NCBI GenBank assembly: GCA_963798485.1
Contig: CAWCTR010000030.1
Location: forward strand, 64,001 to 128,000
DNA from: an uncultured delta proteobacterium
GTDB taxonomy: Bacteria > Desulfobacterota > Desulfomonilia > UBA1062
Reading direction: 5' to 3'
Length of the DNA stretch: 64,000 nucleotides
The position numbers were made by a program, and so were the translations under genes. This document shows, in pieces, positions 41,918 through 52,299 of the stretch. The notes under the pieces are model-generated. The model made no database searches. It saw only the letters and a program-made list of their open reading frames with translations, and was not told the DNA's origin. Within the stretch, counting starts at the first letter, position 1. Each line of letters begins with the position of its first letter.

Positions 41918-43417
41918 TTAATCATTGAATAGATAATCGTACCAGAACTTCTTGGAACGGTCGATGTTCAGGTCTACATGGATGTGCTTGATCTGGGTGA
42001 ACTCCAGCAGACCGTGGGGACCCAGCTCCCTGCCGACCCCGGACTGCTTGAACCCACCGAAAGGTGCAAGGGGGTTGAGCAGGTGGTAGTCATTGATCCA
42101 CACCGTGCCTGTCCGGATCTGCTTGGCCACTTCGATGGCCCAGGGAATGTCCTTGGAGAATACTGCTCCCCCAAGCCCGAAGATGCTGTCATTGGCCATG
42201 GCAATGGCATCTCCGATACTTTTATACTTTATTACCGAAAGCACCGGGCCGAAGATCTCTTCGCGGGCAATGGTCATATCGTTGCTCACCTCTTCGAATA
42301 CGGTGGGTTCAACATAATATCCCTTGGTGAGGTGTCCGGGCTGTTTCCCGCCGATAGAGCATTTAGCCCCTTCTTTCTTGCCTGTCTCAATATAGCGCAG
42401 GACCGTCTTGTGTTGTGCCTTTGAGATCACCGGCCCAATGGTTGTCTCAGGGTCCATGGGGTCGCCGAGTTTTATATGGGTTACCCTCTCCTTCACCCGT
42501 TCCATGAATTCGTCGTAGATCGATTCAGGGACAAAGCACCTGGTCCCGGATTCACAGACCTGCCCCACATGGAAGAAGGTACCGAATAGGGCACCGTCAA
42601 CGGCCAGGGTGAGGTCGGCATCCTCCAAGATAATGGTGGGGCTCTTGCCTCCCAGCTCCAAAGTCACCTTCTTAATGGTGTCTGCGGCCAGCTTCATCAC
42701 CTGTCGGCCTGTCTCCGTGGAGCCGGTCAGGGCAACCTTGTCTACCTTCGGGTTTGTGCACAGCTCTTCACCGATGACCGAACCGGGGCCGGTAATAAGG
42801 TTAAAAACACCCGCAGGGATATCACACTCACCAAATATTTTTGCCAGTTCTAGGGCGGACAGAGGTGTGTCGGAAGCCGGTTTCAGTATGAGACTGTTAC
42901 CCATGACGAGTGACGGTGCGGTTTTCCAGACTGCCATGAGCAGGGGGAAGTTCCAGGGGATGATGCCTGCGCACACACCGATGGGCTCCCGGTGGACAAA
43001 GTTCCATGACGTGTAGGGCAGGTCAATCCATGGGAGAGGTTCGTAGGTCGGGATGCGCTCACCAAGCTCAACAAGGGTGCGGAAATGATCGATGCTGAAT
43101 GGCAGGTCCATCAGTGTGGCCTTGCGGATTGTGGCTCCCGAGTCCATGCTCTCAATCGTGGCGATCTCGGTCTGCCGCTCTACCAGCTTATCCACTACCT
43201 TCATGAGTCTGCAGGCGCGCTCCTTTACTGGCATCCTGCTCCACACCCCGGAGTCAAAGGACTTGCGTGCCGCCTCTATGGCCCTTTTCGCATCGTTCCT
43301 GGTACCCACCGGTACAAGGGCTATGGGCTCCTCGGTGGCCGGGTTGTACGTGGGTCTGGTCTCGCCGGTCTCTGCATCAACAAACGCCCCGTCAATGAAC
43401 AGCTTGTATTTCTCCAT
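41918..43417 (-). CDS. NAD(P)-dependent aldehyde dehydrogenase
   Basis: PWNFP, TGSTETG, LELGGKS, GQVC, EEIFGPV, PFGGFKQSG. Confidence 0.95.
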   Translation of the reverse strand: MEKYKLFIDGAFVDAETGETRPTYNPATEEPIALVPVGTRNDAKRAIEAARKSFDSGVWSRMPVKERACRLMKVVDKLVERQTEIATIESMDSGATIRKATLMDLPFSIDHFRTLVELGERIPTYEPLPWIDLPYTSWNFVHREPIGVCAGIIPWNFPLLMAVWKTAPSLVMGNSLILKPASDTPLSALELAKIFGECDIPAGVFNLITGPGSVIGEELCTNPKVDKVALTGSTETGRQVMKLAADTIKKVTLELGGKSPTIILEDADLTLAVDGALFGTFFHVGQVCESGTRCFVPESIYDEFMERVKERVTHIKLGDPMDPETTIGPVISKAQHKTVLRYIETGKKEGAKCSIGGKQPGHLTKGYYVEPTVFEEVSNDMTIAREEIFGPVLSVIKYKSIGDAIAMANDSIFGLGGAVFSKDIPWAIEVAKQIRTGTVWINDYHLLNPLAPFGGFKQSGVGRELGPHGLLEFTQIKHIHVDLNIDRSKKFWYDYLFND

Positions 43418-43589
43418 ACACCCCTCCTTATCAGATGAATCAGCCGGGCCAAGAAAATCGAAATGTTATATTATGCACTAACGAGCATACTAAAATAATA
43501 ACGAATCCGGTTCAATCGGGGGTGATATGAAAATGATGTCGTGCCTGCTCGTATGGATCTGTAGCAAAATCTATTACTGCTTGTACTTA

Positions 43590-43619
43590 TTGACATAATA
43601 AACTGATTAGGCTTAAGCT
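43590..43619 (+). promoter_or_regulatory. Putative sigma-70 promoter of fdhA
   Basis: TTGACA-N18-TAAGCT about 76 nt upstream of the start. Confidence 0.45.
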
Positions 43620-43695
43620 TATTGTGTAATTCATTGAATACTGAGGCGGACATACCCTTCCCCGGCATCGCAATACACATATTGAGGAGCGATTG

Positions 43696-46386
43696 ATGGA
43701 TGGTACTGTGTTGACATTGAATGGAAAGCAGGTTGAATTCAAACAGGGACAGACGATCCTCGACGTTGCTACTGACAATGGTATTAAAATTCCAACGCTG
43801 TGCTATCTGAAGGGCTGTACGCCCACCGGTGCGTGCCGGGTGTGCCTGGTGGAGGTCGCAGGGGCCAGGTCACTGGTGGCCTCGTGTTCCACCCCGGCCG
43901 AGAAGGGCATGCTTATTGAGACCGACTCACAGCGTGTTCATCACTCGCGCAAGCTCAACATCGAGTTCCTGCTGGCAAGCGGCAAGCACAACTGCCTCAC
44001 CTGCGAGAGCTCGGGTGACTGCACCCTCCAGGAAATGGCATATCGTTATGGCATCGAGACGCTCCGATTCGAGAGCACTCCCCAGCCTTATGAAACAGAA
44101 GATGTGAACCCCTTCATCATCCGTGACTTCAAGAAGTGCATCCTGTGCGGACGCTGTGTGCAGGCCTGCCAGGACGTCCAGGTAAACCAGGCCATCTCGT
44201 TCGGCAACCGCGGGCCTCATGCCAAGATCATTGCAGGCACGGACACGCGCTATGACCTGAGCGACTGCGTGTTCTGCGGGCAGTGCGTGCAGGCATGCCC
44301 GGTGGGCGCCCTCATCGAGAAGAAGTCGAAGTTTCTTGGCCGCATCTGGGATGTGCGAAAGGTCCGCACCACCTGTCCCTACTGCGGGGTAGGGTGCCAG
44401 CAGTTGTTGCATGTTAAAGCCGGGAAGATCGTCAAGGTCACGGCCCCGGACGACGCTTTGCCCAACAAGGGCAGGCTCTGTGTCAAGGGCCGGTTCGGGT
44501 ATGACTTCATCTACTCTGAAGACCGCCTCAAAACGCCGCTCATCAAGGAGAACGGAACGTTTAGGGATGCGTCATGGGACGAGGCCCTCAACTTGGTAGT
44601 TAGGAAATTTAAAGAGATCAAGGAAAAGCACGGTCCTGACGCCATAGCCGGCGTCAGCTGCGCCAGGAGCCTGAACGAAGACTCCTACCAGATGCAGAAG
44701 CTCTTCCGCGCAGTGATCGGCACCAACAACATCGATCACTGCGCGCGAACGTGACACGCCCCCACGGTCGCCGGTCTGGCGATCGCATTCGGTTCAGGCG
44801 CAATGACGAACTCCTTCGGCGAGTTCGAGAACGCCAAGATGTTCCTGGTCATCGGGTCCAACATGACCGAGGCCCATCCCGTGGCAGCCACCTTCCTCAA
44901 GAACGCGGTCATGAAGGGGGCCGAGCTCATCTTGGTGGACCCGAGAAAGCATAAACTCGCTGATTTCGCCGGCATGCATGTCCCCATAAAAGTGGGCAGC
45001 GATATCGCCTTCCTGAACGGTCTCATGTACGTCCTCATCACCGAGGACCTCTATGACAAGGAATTTGTAGAGGCACGCTGCAAGGGGTTTGACGAGCTTA
45101 AGGCCATGGTCATGAACTACCCGCCGGAAAAGGCCGCCGAAATAGCAGGGGTGAGCGCCGACATGATCCGGCTGGCGGCCCGGAGACTGGCATCGGTGAA
45201 GCCGGTCATGTGCTGCTACACACTGGGTATCACCGAGCATACCTGTGGAAGAAATAATGTTCTCTCAGTTGCCAACCTCCAGATGCTGCTGGGAAACCTG
45301 GGCATGGAGGGCGGCGGTGTGAACCCTCTGAGAGGACAGAACAACGTGCAGGGCGCCTGTGACATGGGGGCCTTGCCCAATGTGTTCCCCGGCTATCAGC
45401 AGGTAGGCAACGCGGAAGCCCGGGCCAAGTTCGAAAAGGCCTGGGGCGTCACCGGCCTGCCCGACAAGCCGGGCCTTATGATCCCCCAGATGATGGATGG
45501 CCTCAAGGATGGCAAGATCAAGGGCTTATGGATCTTCGGCGAAAACCTGGCGAATACCGAACCGGATATCGCCAAGGTCGAACATGAGCTCGCCTCTGCC
45601 GAGTTTCTCGTGTGCAACGACATCTTCCCCACCGAGACCACCCGGTTCGCCCACGTCGTGTTCCCGGCAGCGGCCTGGAGCGAGGACGACGGCACCTTCA
45701 CCAGCTCTGAGCGCCGTATCAGCAGGGTGCGCAAGGTGAGCGAGCCCCCGGGAGAGGCCAGGCCGAACTGGTGGATCTTCAAGGAGATCGCAAAGAGGAT
45801 GGGTCATGAGTGGCAATCGAACAGCGGCCCCGAGCTCTGGGACAACGAGGTCTCGGTCCTGGCACCCGCCTTTGGCGGGGTGAAATATCGCCGCATCGAG
45901 AACGACGGCCTCCAGTGGCCGTGCCCCAACGAGGAGCACCCCGGAACTGCAGTTCTCCATAGGGGAGGTGTGTTCGCGAGCGGCCTGGGCCAGCTTACGC
46001 CCGTGGAATGGACCCCGCCCGCCGAGGTAGCGGACAGCGAGTATCCCTTTGTGTTGTCCACGGGCCGCAGGCTCTACCACTACCATACCCGTACCCAGAC
46101 CGGCCGCACCGGCCTGGACTGGTTGCTGGGCGAGGAGACCGCGGACATATCTCTTGAAGACGCCCGGAACCTGGGCATCAGCCATGGCGAGACGATTCGG
46201 GTACGGTCCCGCAGGGGAGAGGTCAAAGTGAAGGCCAAGGTCACCAAGCAGGTACCCAGGGGCATGGTCTGGATGTCCTTCCACTTCAGGGACGGCAATG
46301 CCAACTGGCTTACCAACCCGGCCTTTGACCCGAACACGCTGACCGCCGAGTACAAGGCCTGCGCAGTGGCCATCGAGAAGATCTGA
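43696..46386 (+). CDS. fdhA: Selenocysteine formate dehydrogenase alpha subunit with NuoG-like N-terminal Fe-S domains (~896 aa)
   Basis: Two track ORFs are one frame joined at TGA 44752-44754 (CART-U-HAPTVAGL); 2Fe-2S/4Fe-4S motifs, CPYCGVGC, LRGQNNVQG, molydopterin-binding C-terminus. Confidence 0.95.
44765..44785 (+). promoter_or_regulatory. Bacterial SECIS hairpin
   Basis: CGGTCGCC-GGTCT-GGCGATCG starting 10 nt after UGA; resembles the E. coli fdhF SECIS layout. Confidence 0.85.
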
Positions 46387-46394
46387 TGCCTGAA

Positions 46395-46420
46395 GCGTTG
46401 GGGATGATCTTCCCCAACGC
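46395..46420 (+). terminator. Hairpin after fdhA (terminator or stabiliser)
   Basis: GCGTTGGGGA-TGATCT-TCCCCAACGC perfect 10-bp stem; weak U-tract. Confidence 0.5.
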
Positions 46421-46517
46421 CATTCTCTTAGAGGAAATCCTCGAAAATAGTGGTATAAGGAAACCGTTGCGATTATAAATTCCCTGTGAACTCATAACGA
46501 TTACATGCGGCAGATAA

Positions 46518-46535
46518 TATGTTAAATTTAACATA
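46518..46535. promoter_or_regulatory. Perfect 18-bp palindrome, putative ModE-type operator
   Basis: TATGTTAAATTTAACATA 20 nt upstream of modA. Confidence 0.55.
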
Positions 46536-46555
46536 AATCAAATAAGAGGACATTC

Positions 46556-47302
46556 ATGATGAAGATCCGGTCAATCATCTTTGTATTCTGCATTATTATT
46601 ACTTTTGCATTTACCGCCTCAGCCCAGGACAAGATAACGGTCGCGGTTGCAGCGAATTTTATCGAGCCGTTCAAGGAGATAGCCGTACTATTCGAGACGA
46701 ATACCCATATTCAGGCTGAGCCGACATTCTCTTCAACCGGCAAGCTCTTTGCGCAGATCAGTGAGGGTGCACCTTATGATGTATTCCTCTCTGCGGATGA
46801 AAAACGCCCCGGTGAGCTTTTCCAGAAGGGGCTCTCCGGGAAGCCCTTTGTTTATGCAAAGGGTGAGGTCGTGCTGTGGACCGCACGGAAAGACCTTTGT
46901 GATGCAGGTGATTGGAAAGTTATACTCGTGAGATCCGATGTAAAAAAGATCGCAATAGCGAACACCGAGACAGCGCCCTATGGTACTGCATCCATGAAGG
47001 CCTTGAAGGATGCCGGTTTGTGGGACAGCCTGCAGGGGAAATTCGTCTTTCCCCAGGACATTGCCCAGGCCTTTCAGTATGCCTCTACCGGAAGTGTGGA
47101 TGCCGGGTTCTGCGCCCTTTCCTCGGCCCTTTCGCAGCAGGGCAAGGCTGGGTGTTACCTCGTGGTGAAGGAAGCGCCTGTTGTTGTTCAGGCCGCATGC
47201 GTGCTGGGCAGGACAGGACAGAAAGCGGCTGCCGAGAAGTTTGCTGCATTCCTCCTCTCTGCTGAGGCGGACCATGTGAAAAAGAAATACGGGTACAAGT
47301 AG
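46556..47302 (+). CDS. modA: Molybdate ABC transporter binding protein
   Basis: Signal peptide, VAVAAN, SSTGKL, APYDVFLSAD, APYG. Confidence 0.93.
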   Translation: MMKIRSIIFVFCIIITFAFTASAQDKITVAVAANFIEPFKEIAVLFETNTHIQAEPTFSSTGKLFAQISEGAPYDVFLSADEKRPGELFQKGLSGKPFVYAKGEVVLWTARKDLCDAGDWKVILVRSDVKKIAIANTETAPYGTASMKALKDAGLWDSLQGKFVFPQDIAQAFQYASTGSVDAGFCALSSALSQQGKAGCYLVVKEAPVVVQAACVLGRTGQKAAAEKFAAFLLSAEADHVKKKYGYK

Positions 47303-47304
47303 GA

Positions 47305-47970
47305 ATGGACCTCGTCGCATTATATCTCTCCATCAAACTTGCCGTGGTGAGCACGATCGTGTTGATCATCATCGCGGCCCCACTGTCTTACGCCCTTGTG
47401 TACTCACGAATTCCCGGAAAGACCCTTCTCGATGCGCTCATCAACCTTCCCATCGTGCTCCCGCCCACAGTGCTTGGTTTCTACCTTCTCATAGTCATGA
47501 GCCCGAAAGGCAGCATGGGCCATGTCTGGGAGTCGGTCTTCGGGTTTTCACTCCTGTTCACGTTCACCGGGATCGTCATTGCATCGATCATCTACAGCCT
47601 GCCCTTTGCCGTTGCACCCATGAAAGCGGCCTTCGCCAGGATTGAGCCACGCCTTGTGGAAAACGCACAGGTGCTCGGGCTTTCCCCTGCCATGATCTTC
47701 TTCAGGGTGATCCTCCCAAACTCTTTGGCCGGGATTGCAGCCTCAGCCATCCTTGTCTTTTTGCATACCATAGGCGAGTTCGGGGTGATCCTCATGGTGG
47801 GAGGCAGCATCCCGGGCAAGACCAAGGTTGCATCCATCGCCATCTATGAGGCCGTAGAGGCATTGCGGTATCAGGATGCCTGGTTGATGTCCATCATGCT
47901 TGTCCCTGTGTGTTTTGTGTTTCTACTCCTGGTGAACCGGCTCACACCCGAGGTGCATCATGGGGCTTGA
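47305..47970 (+). CDS. modB: Molybdate ABC permease
   Basis: LPIVLPPTVLGFYLL, GEFGVILMVGGSIPG. Confidence 0.95.
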   Translation: MDLVALYLSIKLAVVSTIVLIIIAAPLSYALVYSRIPGKTLLDALINLPIVLPPTVLGFYLLIVMSPKGSMGHVWESVFGFSLLFTFTGIVIASIIYSLPFAVAPMKAAFARIEPRLVENAQVLGLSPAMIFFRVILPNSLAGIAASAILVFLHTIGEFGVILMVGGSIPGKTKVASIAIYEAVEALRYQDAWLMSIMLVPVCFVFLLLVNRLTPEVHHGA

Positions 47971-48712
47971 TGTACGGATAAAAAAGAGGCTCAAGGACTT
48001 TGAGCTCAACGTAGCGTTCTCCTGCATGGACGGGCGGCTGCTCGCCATAGTAGGCCCCTCGGGCGCAGGCAAAACCACCATCATACGCATGCTGGCCGGT
48101 CTCCAGAAACCGGACCAGGGCCTCATCACCTGTAAAGAAGAGATATGGGCCAGCACGAGAGACAAGATCCATGTGCCTGCCAGGAAGAGGGGGATCGGGT
48201 ATGTATTTCAGGAATTCACCCTGTTTCCTCATATGAATGTCTATAAGAACGTGGCCTTTGCGACAAAGGACTCTAAGGCCGTGGAAGAGTTCATGCGGCT
48301 TTTCGATATCTGGCACATCAGGGACAGCAAGCCGCACAAGATCTCAGGAGGGGAACGCCAGCGATGCGCCATATGCCAGGCCCTGGCCCGTTCACCAAGG
48401 GTATTGCTTTTGGATGAGCCGTTTTCAGCCCTTGATGCGCTGACCCGAAGGAAACTCCGTGAAATGGTGAAGGACTTGAAGCACGAGTTGAACATCCCCA
48501 TCATTCATGTGACCCATGACATAAGGGAGGCACTCTTCCTGGCAGATGACATCCTGCCTGTGGTACAGGGCAGGGTGGAAGGCAAATGGCTGCTGCAGTT
48601 CATGCTCATGTCCAGAGAGGTCGGCCGGTGTCTTGCCTATGACAACAGTGCCGGAAAGAATGAAGAAGAGGAAATCGAACTATCCATTGCTACGAAGGAG
48701 TCCATGCGATGA
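47960..48712 (+). CDS. modC: Molybdate ABC ATPase (no TOBE domain)
   Basis: GPSGAGKT, SGGERQR, LLLDEPF, VTHD. Confidence 0.9.
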   Translation: MGLDVRIKKRLKDFELNVAFSCMDGRLLAIVGPSGAGKTTIIRMLAGLQKPDQGLITCKEEIWASTRDKIHVPARKRGIGYVFQEFTLFPHMNVYKNVAFATKDSKAVEEFMRLFDIWHIRDSKPHKISGGERQRCAICQALARSPRVLLLDEPFSALDALTRRKLREMVKDLKHELNIPIIHVTHDIREALFLADDILPVVQGRVEGKWLLQFMLMSREVGRCLAYDNSAGKNEEEEIELSIATKESMR

Positions 48713-49350
48713 ATATCGGACCGTATTCCATTGAAGACTACATGCACCTGGTCAAATCATTTCACGGCAACATTGCGCCCGGTCTCATCATCGGCGGGTT
48801 CATGGTGGACCTTGCCATGAAAAATCTCCCGGATGGGGTCCTGTTCGATGCCATCAGCGAGACCCAGACCTGCCTTCCGGATGCCATCCAGCTGCTGACG
48901 CCCTGTACTATCGGAAACGGCTGGCTCAAGGTCATGGACTTCGGCCGTTATGCCCTGTGCCTTTTTGACAAGTATCAAGGCAATGGAGTCAGGGTGTTTC
49001 TTGACCCTGAAAAGCTGGAGAATTGGCAGGAGATCAAGACCTGGTTCTTCAAGCTCAAGCCCAAAAAGGATCAGGACCCGATCATCCTCAGGGACCGGAT
49101 CATCGATGCAGGCCCGGACATCCTCACTGTTCAACATGTCACGGTGGACAATGCTTTTCTCGGCAAGAAGGGCAAGGGCGCTATCGCCGCATGCCCCTCG
49201 TGTGGAGAGGCATACCCTTCAAAAGACGGTGCTGTCTGCCTTGCCTGCCAGGGGGGAAGCCCATATACACGCGAATCCCAGGGCGAGACACATGGGACCA
49301 AACCTGACCTCAAGGTAATACCATCTACCTCTGGTTCGACAAAGGGGTGA
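48709..49350 (+). CDS. FmdE-family protein with C-terminal zinc ribbon
   Basis: FHGNIAPG, CLPDAIQLLTPCTIGNG, CPSCGEAYP..CLAC. Confidence 0.85.
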   Translation: MNIGPYSIEDYMHLVKSFHGNIAPGLIIGGFMVDLAMKNLPDGVLFDAISETQTCLPDAIQLLTPCTIGNGWLKVMDFGRYALCLFDKYQGNGVRVFLDPEKLENWQEIKTWFFKLKPKKDQDPIILRDRIIDAGPDILTVQHVTVDNAFLGKKGKGAIAACPSCGEAYPSKDGAVCLACQGGSPYTRESQGETHGTKPDLKVIPSTSGSTKG

Positions 49351-49473
49351 ACCATCACAGGGTACTGATCATTCGTGGGGGGCATGCGGTTCGCCTAACT
49401 GAAAAAAATACTAGTCATGGGATGACCTATGAGGTTATACTAGTCTCAGATCACATGTCATCAGAGAGGGGCC

Positions 49474-49884
49474 ATGACGGAGCCGGTGAGAGTCGTAGCG
49501 CATTTTATCGATGACATAGTCGTGAAGGGTTACACCTCTGATTTCAACCCCAGCCACCCGTTTTTCCATATCCATCAGGCGATTCCGGGATCGCAGCCTG
49601 ATGGACCCCTTCGGATGGAACTCAAAGAGATCAAGGCGGTTTTCTTTGTGAAGACCCTTGAAGGGAACAGGGAATACCAGGAGAGAAAGGAGTTCATAGA
49701 AGGTGATCGGATTCTGGGCCGGATGGTGGAGGTTACCTTCATCGATGGTGAGACGATCAGGGGATATACGGTTGATTATAATCCCAAGCAGCAGGGGTAT
49801 TTTTTAATACCGGTAGACCCTAACAGCAATAATATCCAGATCTTCGTGGTCTCATATGCGGTCAGCGGCATCCGTTTCCTGTAA
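49474..49884 (+). CDS. Conserved hypothetical protein with duplicated small beta domain (DUF6982-like)
   Basis: KGYTSDF, IKAVFFVK, VEVTFIDGE, PVDPNSNN. Confidence 0.65.
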   Translation: MTEPVRVVAHFIDDIVVKGYTSDFNPSHPFFHIHQAIPGSQPDGPLRMELKEIKAVFFVKTLEGNREYQERKEFIEGDRILGRMVEVTFIDGETIRGYTVDYNPKQQGYFLIPVDPNSNNIQIFVVSYAVSGIRFL

Positions 49885-49922
49885 ATGAATGGTAACCTGG
49901 CTGGCCTCATGCGCTAAGGGAC

Positions 49923-50525
49923 ATGGCTATGCCGGCATTCTTCGACTCTACGATGTACACCTGGTTGATACTGCCCACTCTCATCTTTTTTGCCCGCATC
50001 ATGGACGTAAGCCTTGATACGGTCCGCATTATTTTCATCAACAGGCATCTCAAACACTATGCCACCATCATCGGCTTTTTTGAGGTGTTGATCTGGCTCA
50101 TGGCCATCCGCCAGATCTTCGAACACCTGAGTAACCCTTTCTGTATGATCGCCTATGCCGCCGGTTTTGCCACAGGTAACTACGTAGGCATTCTCATTGA
50201 GAACAGGCTGTCCATCGGAAAGGTGATCATCCGCATCATCACCAGGATGGAGGCCGACGAATTCATTACCTTCCTCAGGTCTGCAGGGTATGGGCTCACC
50301 ATCATCGATGCCGAGGGAGTGACAGGGCCGGTGAAGGTCATTATGTCCATTGTGGAGCGCAGCAACATCGAGCACATTGTTGAAATGATCAAACAGCACA
50401 ACCCCCAGGCCTTCTATTCGGTGGAGGACGTGCGTTTTGTCAGCGAGGCCGTTACGCCCTACCGTCTCCCCGGCCCGCGCAGGTGGGAGCGTTTTGTCTC
50501 CCGGATGCGCAAGCGAGAGGAATAA
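49923..50525 (+). CDS. UPF0316/DUF2179 membrane protein
   Basis: ARIMDVSLDTVR, GFFEVLIW, YAAGFATGNYVG, PII-like C-terminus. Confidence 0.85.
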   Translation: MAMPAFFDSTMYTWLILPTLIFFARIMDVSLDTVRIIFINRHLKHYATIIGFFEVLIWLMAIRQIFEHLSNPFCMIAYAAGFATGNYVGILIENRLSIGKVIIRIITRMEADEFITFLRSAGYGLTIIDAEGVTGPVKVIMSIVERSNIEHIVEMIKQHNPQAFYSVEDVRFVSEAVTPYRLPGPRRWERFVSRMRKREE

Positions 50526-50587
50526 GGGTTCATCTTAAGTATGGTAAAGAATGGCACTGAACTTGGATACATTGGGGAGGGAACTGA

Positions 50588-51541
50588 TTGAGGACCACAT
50601 CACTTCCAGGGCAAGCAGGAATTTCGAGGCTGAACCTTTTCCTGGCACTTTCCCGTACGCCCCATTTGTTATTGGATCTGGCAGCCCCTGGTTTGGCGGC
50701 ATTGCTTTGTTTGGGTGCCTTTCCCTCTGCCAGGGTGCTTGTCCTTGGGCTGATCACCGCCTTCTCTGGTTATACGGCCGTGTATGCCCTGAACGATATC
50801 ATTGATTACCGCTTTGATAAGGAACTCATTGGCTCAAGCACAGCCCATGAATCGAAACCGGACCTGGACAGCGTACTAGTACGCCATCCCATTGCGCAGG
50901 GGATGTTGAGTTACAAGGAAGCCTTGTTTTGGACCTCTGCCTGGGCGGTCCCGGCGCTGGCAGGGGCCTTTCTCCTCAACCCCATATGCCTTGCCATTTT
51001 CCTCGGTGCCGCTGTGTTTGAAGTCATCTACTGTTGTCTCCTGAAGATCACCCACCTCCGCAGTATCATCAGCGGAATAGTCAAAACCTCAGGGCCCATC
51101 GCAGCGGTTTTCGCGGTAAACCCACAACCTACCATGCCATTCTTGATGACACTCTTTCTCTGGCTCTTCTTCTGGGAGATCGGGGGGCAGAATGTCCCGA
51201 ACGATCTGTCCGATCTGGATACCGATCAGCAGATAAGGGCCCGGACAATCCCTGTGCGCTTCGGTGCACAGAGGTCTATCCTGATCATATGCTTCTCACT
51301 GGTCATTGCCGTTGCCATGAGTATGGCCATGTTCTGGGTAGTGCCAAACCATATAAGACCTCTCTATCTCTTGGGTGCGATATTTTCAGGATTGTATTTT
51401 CTCCTGTTACCTGCTTACCATCTGGTTAAGACCAGGGGGGCAGAGGAGGCCTCCCGGCTGTTTAACCGGTGCAGTTACTATCCTTTGTCCATGCTCATGA
51501 TAACAGTGTTGAGCTTGGCGGCTATTCGAATAATTGTATAA
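50588..51541 (+). CDS. UbiA-superfamily prenyltransferase
   Basis: Asp-rich NDIIDYRFD and NDLSDLDTD, RHP, ~8 TM; TTG start with GGAGG. Confidence 0.88.
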   Translation: MRTTSLPGQAGISRLNLFLALSRTPHLLLDLAAPGLAALLCLGAFPSARVLVLGLITAFSGYTAVYALNDIIDYRFDKELIGSSTAHESKPDLDSVLVRHPIAQGMLSYKEALFWTSAWAVPALAGAFLLNPICLAIFLGAAVFEVIYCCLLKITHLRSIISGIVKTSGPIAAVFAVNPQPTMPFLMTLFLWLFFWEIGGQNVPNDLSDLDTDQQIRARTIPVRFGAQRSILIICFSLVIAVAMSMAMFWVVPNHIRPLYLLGAIFSGLYFLLLPAYHLVKTRGAEEASRLFNRCSYYPLSMLMITVLSLAAIRIIV

Positions 51542-51575
51542 TGGGTTAGATGGTACCCTATCAAGAAAGGACGAT

Positions 51576-52292
51576 ATGAAAGAATTCGACCCGGAATCTC
51601 TGGCAGAATTCAACGGCAAAGACGGTAAGCCCGTGTATGTGGCCCACAAGGGCAAGGTGTTCGACCTAAGCGAGAGCAGACTATGGAAGACCGGGCTCCA
51701 CATGAAGCGTCACCCCGCAGGGCAAGATCTCACCATCGATATCTGGGCGGCACCACATGGACCTGAGGTCCTGGACAAATATCCTCAAGTAGGCACCTTG
51801 AAAAAACAAGCCACTGGTGGCCAGTTGCCCAATCCATTGGAAATGATGATGGATCGGTTTCCCTTTCTGCGCCGTCATCCGCACCCCATGCTGGTGCACT
51901 TCCCCATTGTATTCATGATCGCCCCTGCGATCTTTTGCATCCTTTACCTTATCACCGATATGAAGTCTTTTGAGACCACGGCCTTTCACTGCCTGGGTGC
52001 AGGCATCCTTTTTTCCATTCCGGCCATCCTTACAGGCTTCTTCACCTGGTGGCTCAACTATCAGGCCAGATCCATGAGGCCCATCAGGATCAAGATATAC
52101 TTTTCCCTCTTCCTCTTTGCAGTCGCCCTCATTACCTTCTCCTGGCGGGCATTGTTCACGGATGTCCTCACCTCTTTGGACAAAGAGGGTATTGCATATT
52201 TTCTGCTGATCCTCTCGCTGGTCCCTCTGGTGGGGGTCATAGGCTGGTATGGCGCAAGCCTGACCTTTCCCCTTGAGAAAAAATCTCTGTGA
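51576..52292 (+). CDS. Cytochrome b5-like domain fused to DUF2231 membrane domain
   Basis: YVAHKGKVFDLS, WKTGLHMKRHPAGQDLT, APHG; HPHPMLVHFP + 4 TM. Confidence 0.85.
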   Translation: MKEFDPESLAEFNGKDGKPVYVAHKGKVFDLSESRLWKTGLHMKRHPAGQDLTIDIWAAPHGPEVLDKYPQVGTLKKQATGGQLPNPLEMMMDRFPFLRRHPHPMLVHFPIVFMIAPAIFCILYLITDMKSFETTAFHCLGAGILFSIPAILTGFFTWWLNYQARSMRPIRIKIYFSLFLFAVALITFSWRALFTDVLTSLDKEGIAYFLLILSLVPLVGVIGWYGASLTFPLEKKSL

Positions 52293-52299
52293 AGTATCC

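Noticed and set aside
43622-43639. Rex operator upstream of fdhA
   Set aside because: Only one half resembles TTGTGAA-N4-TTCACAA; too many mismatches
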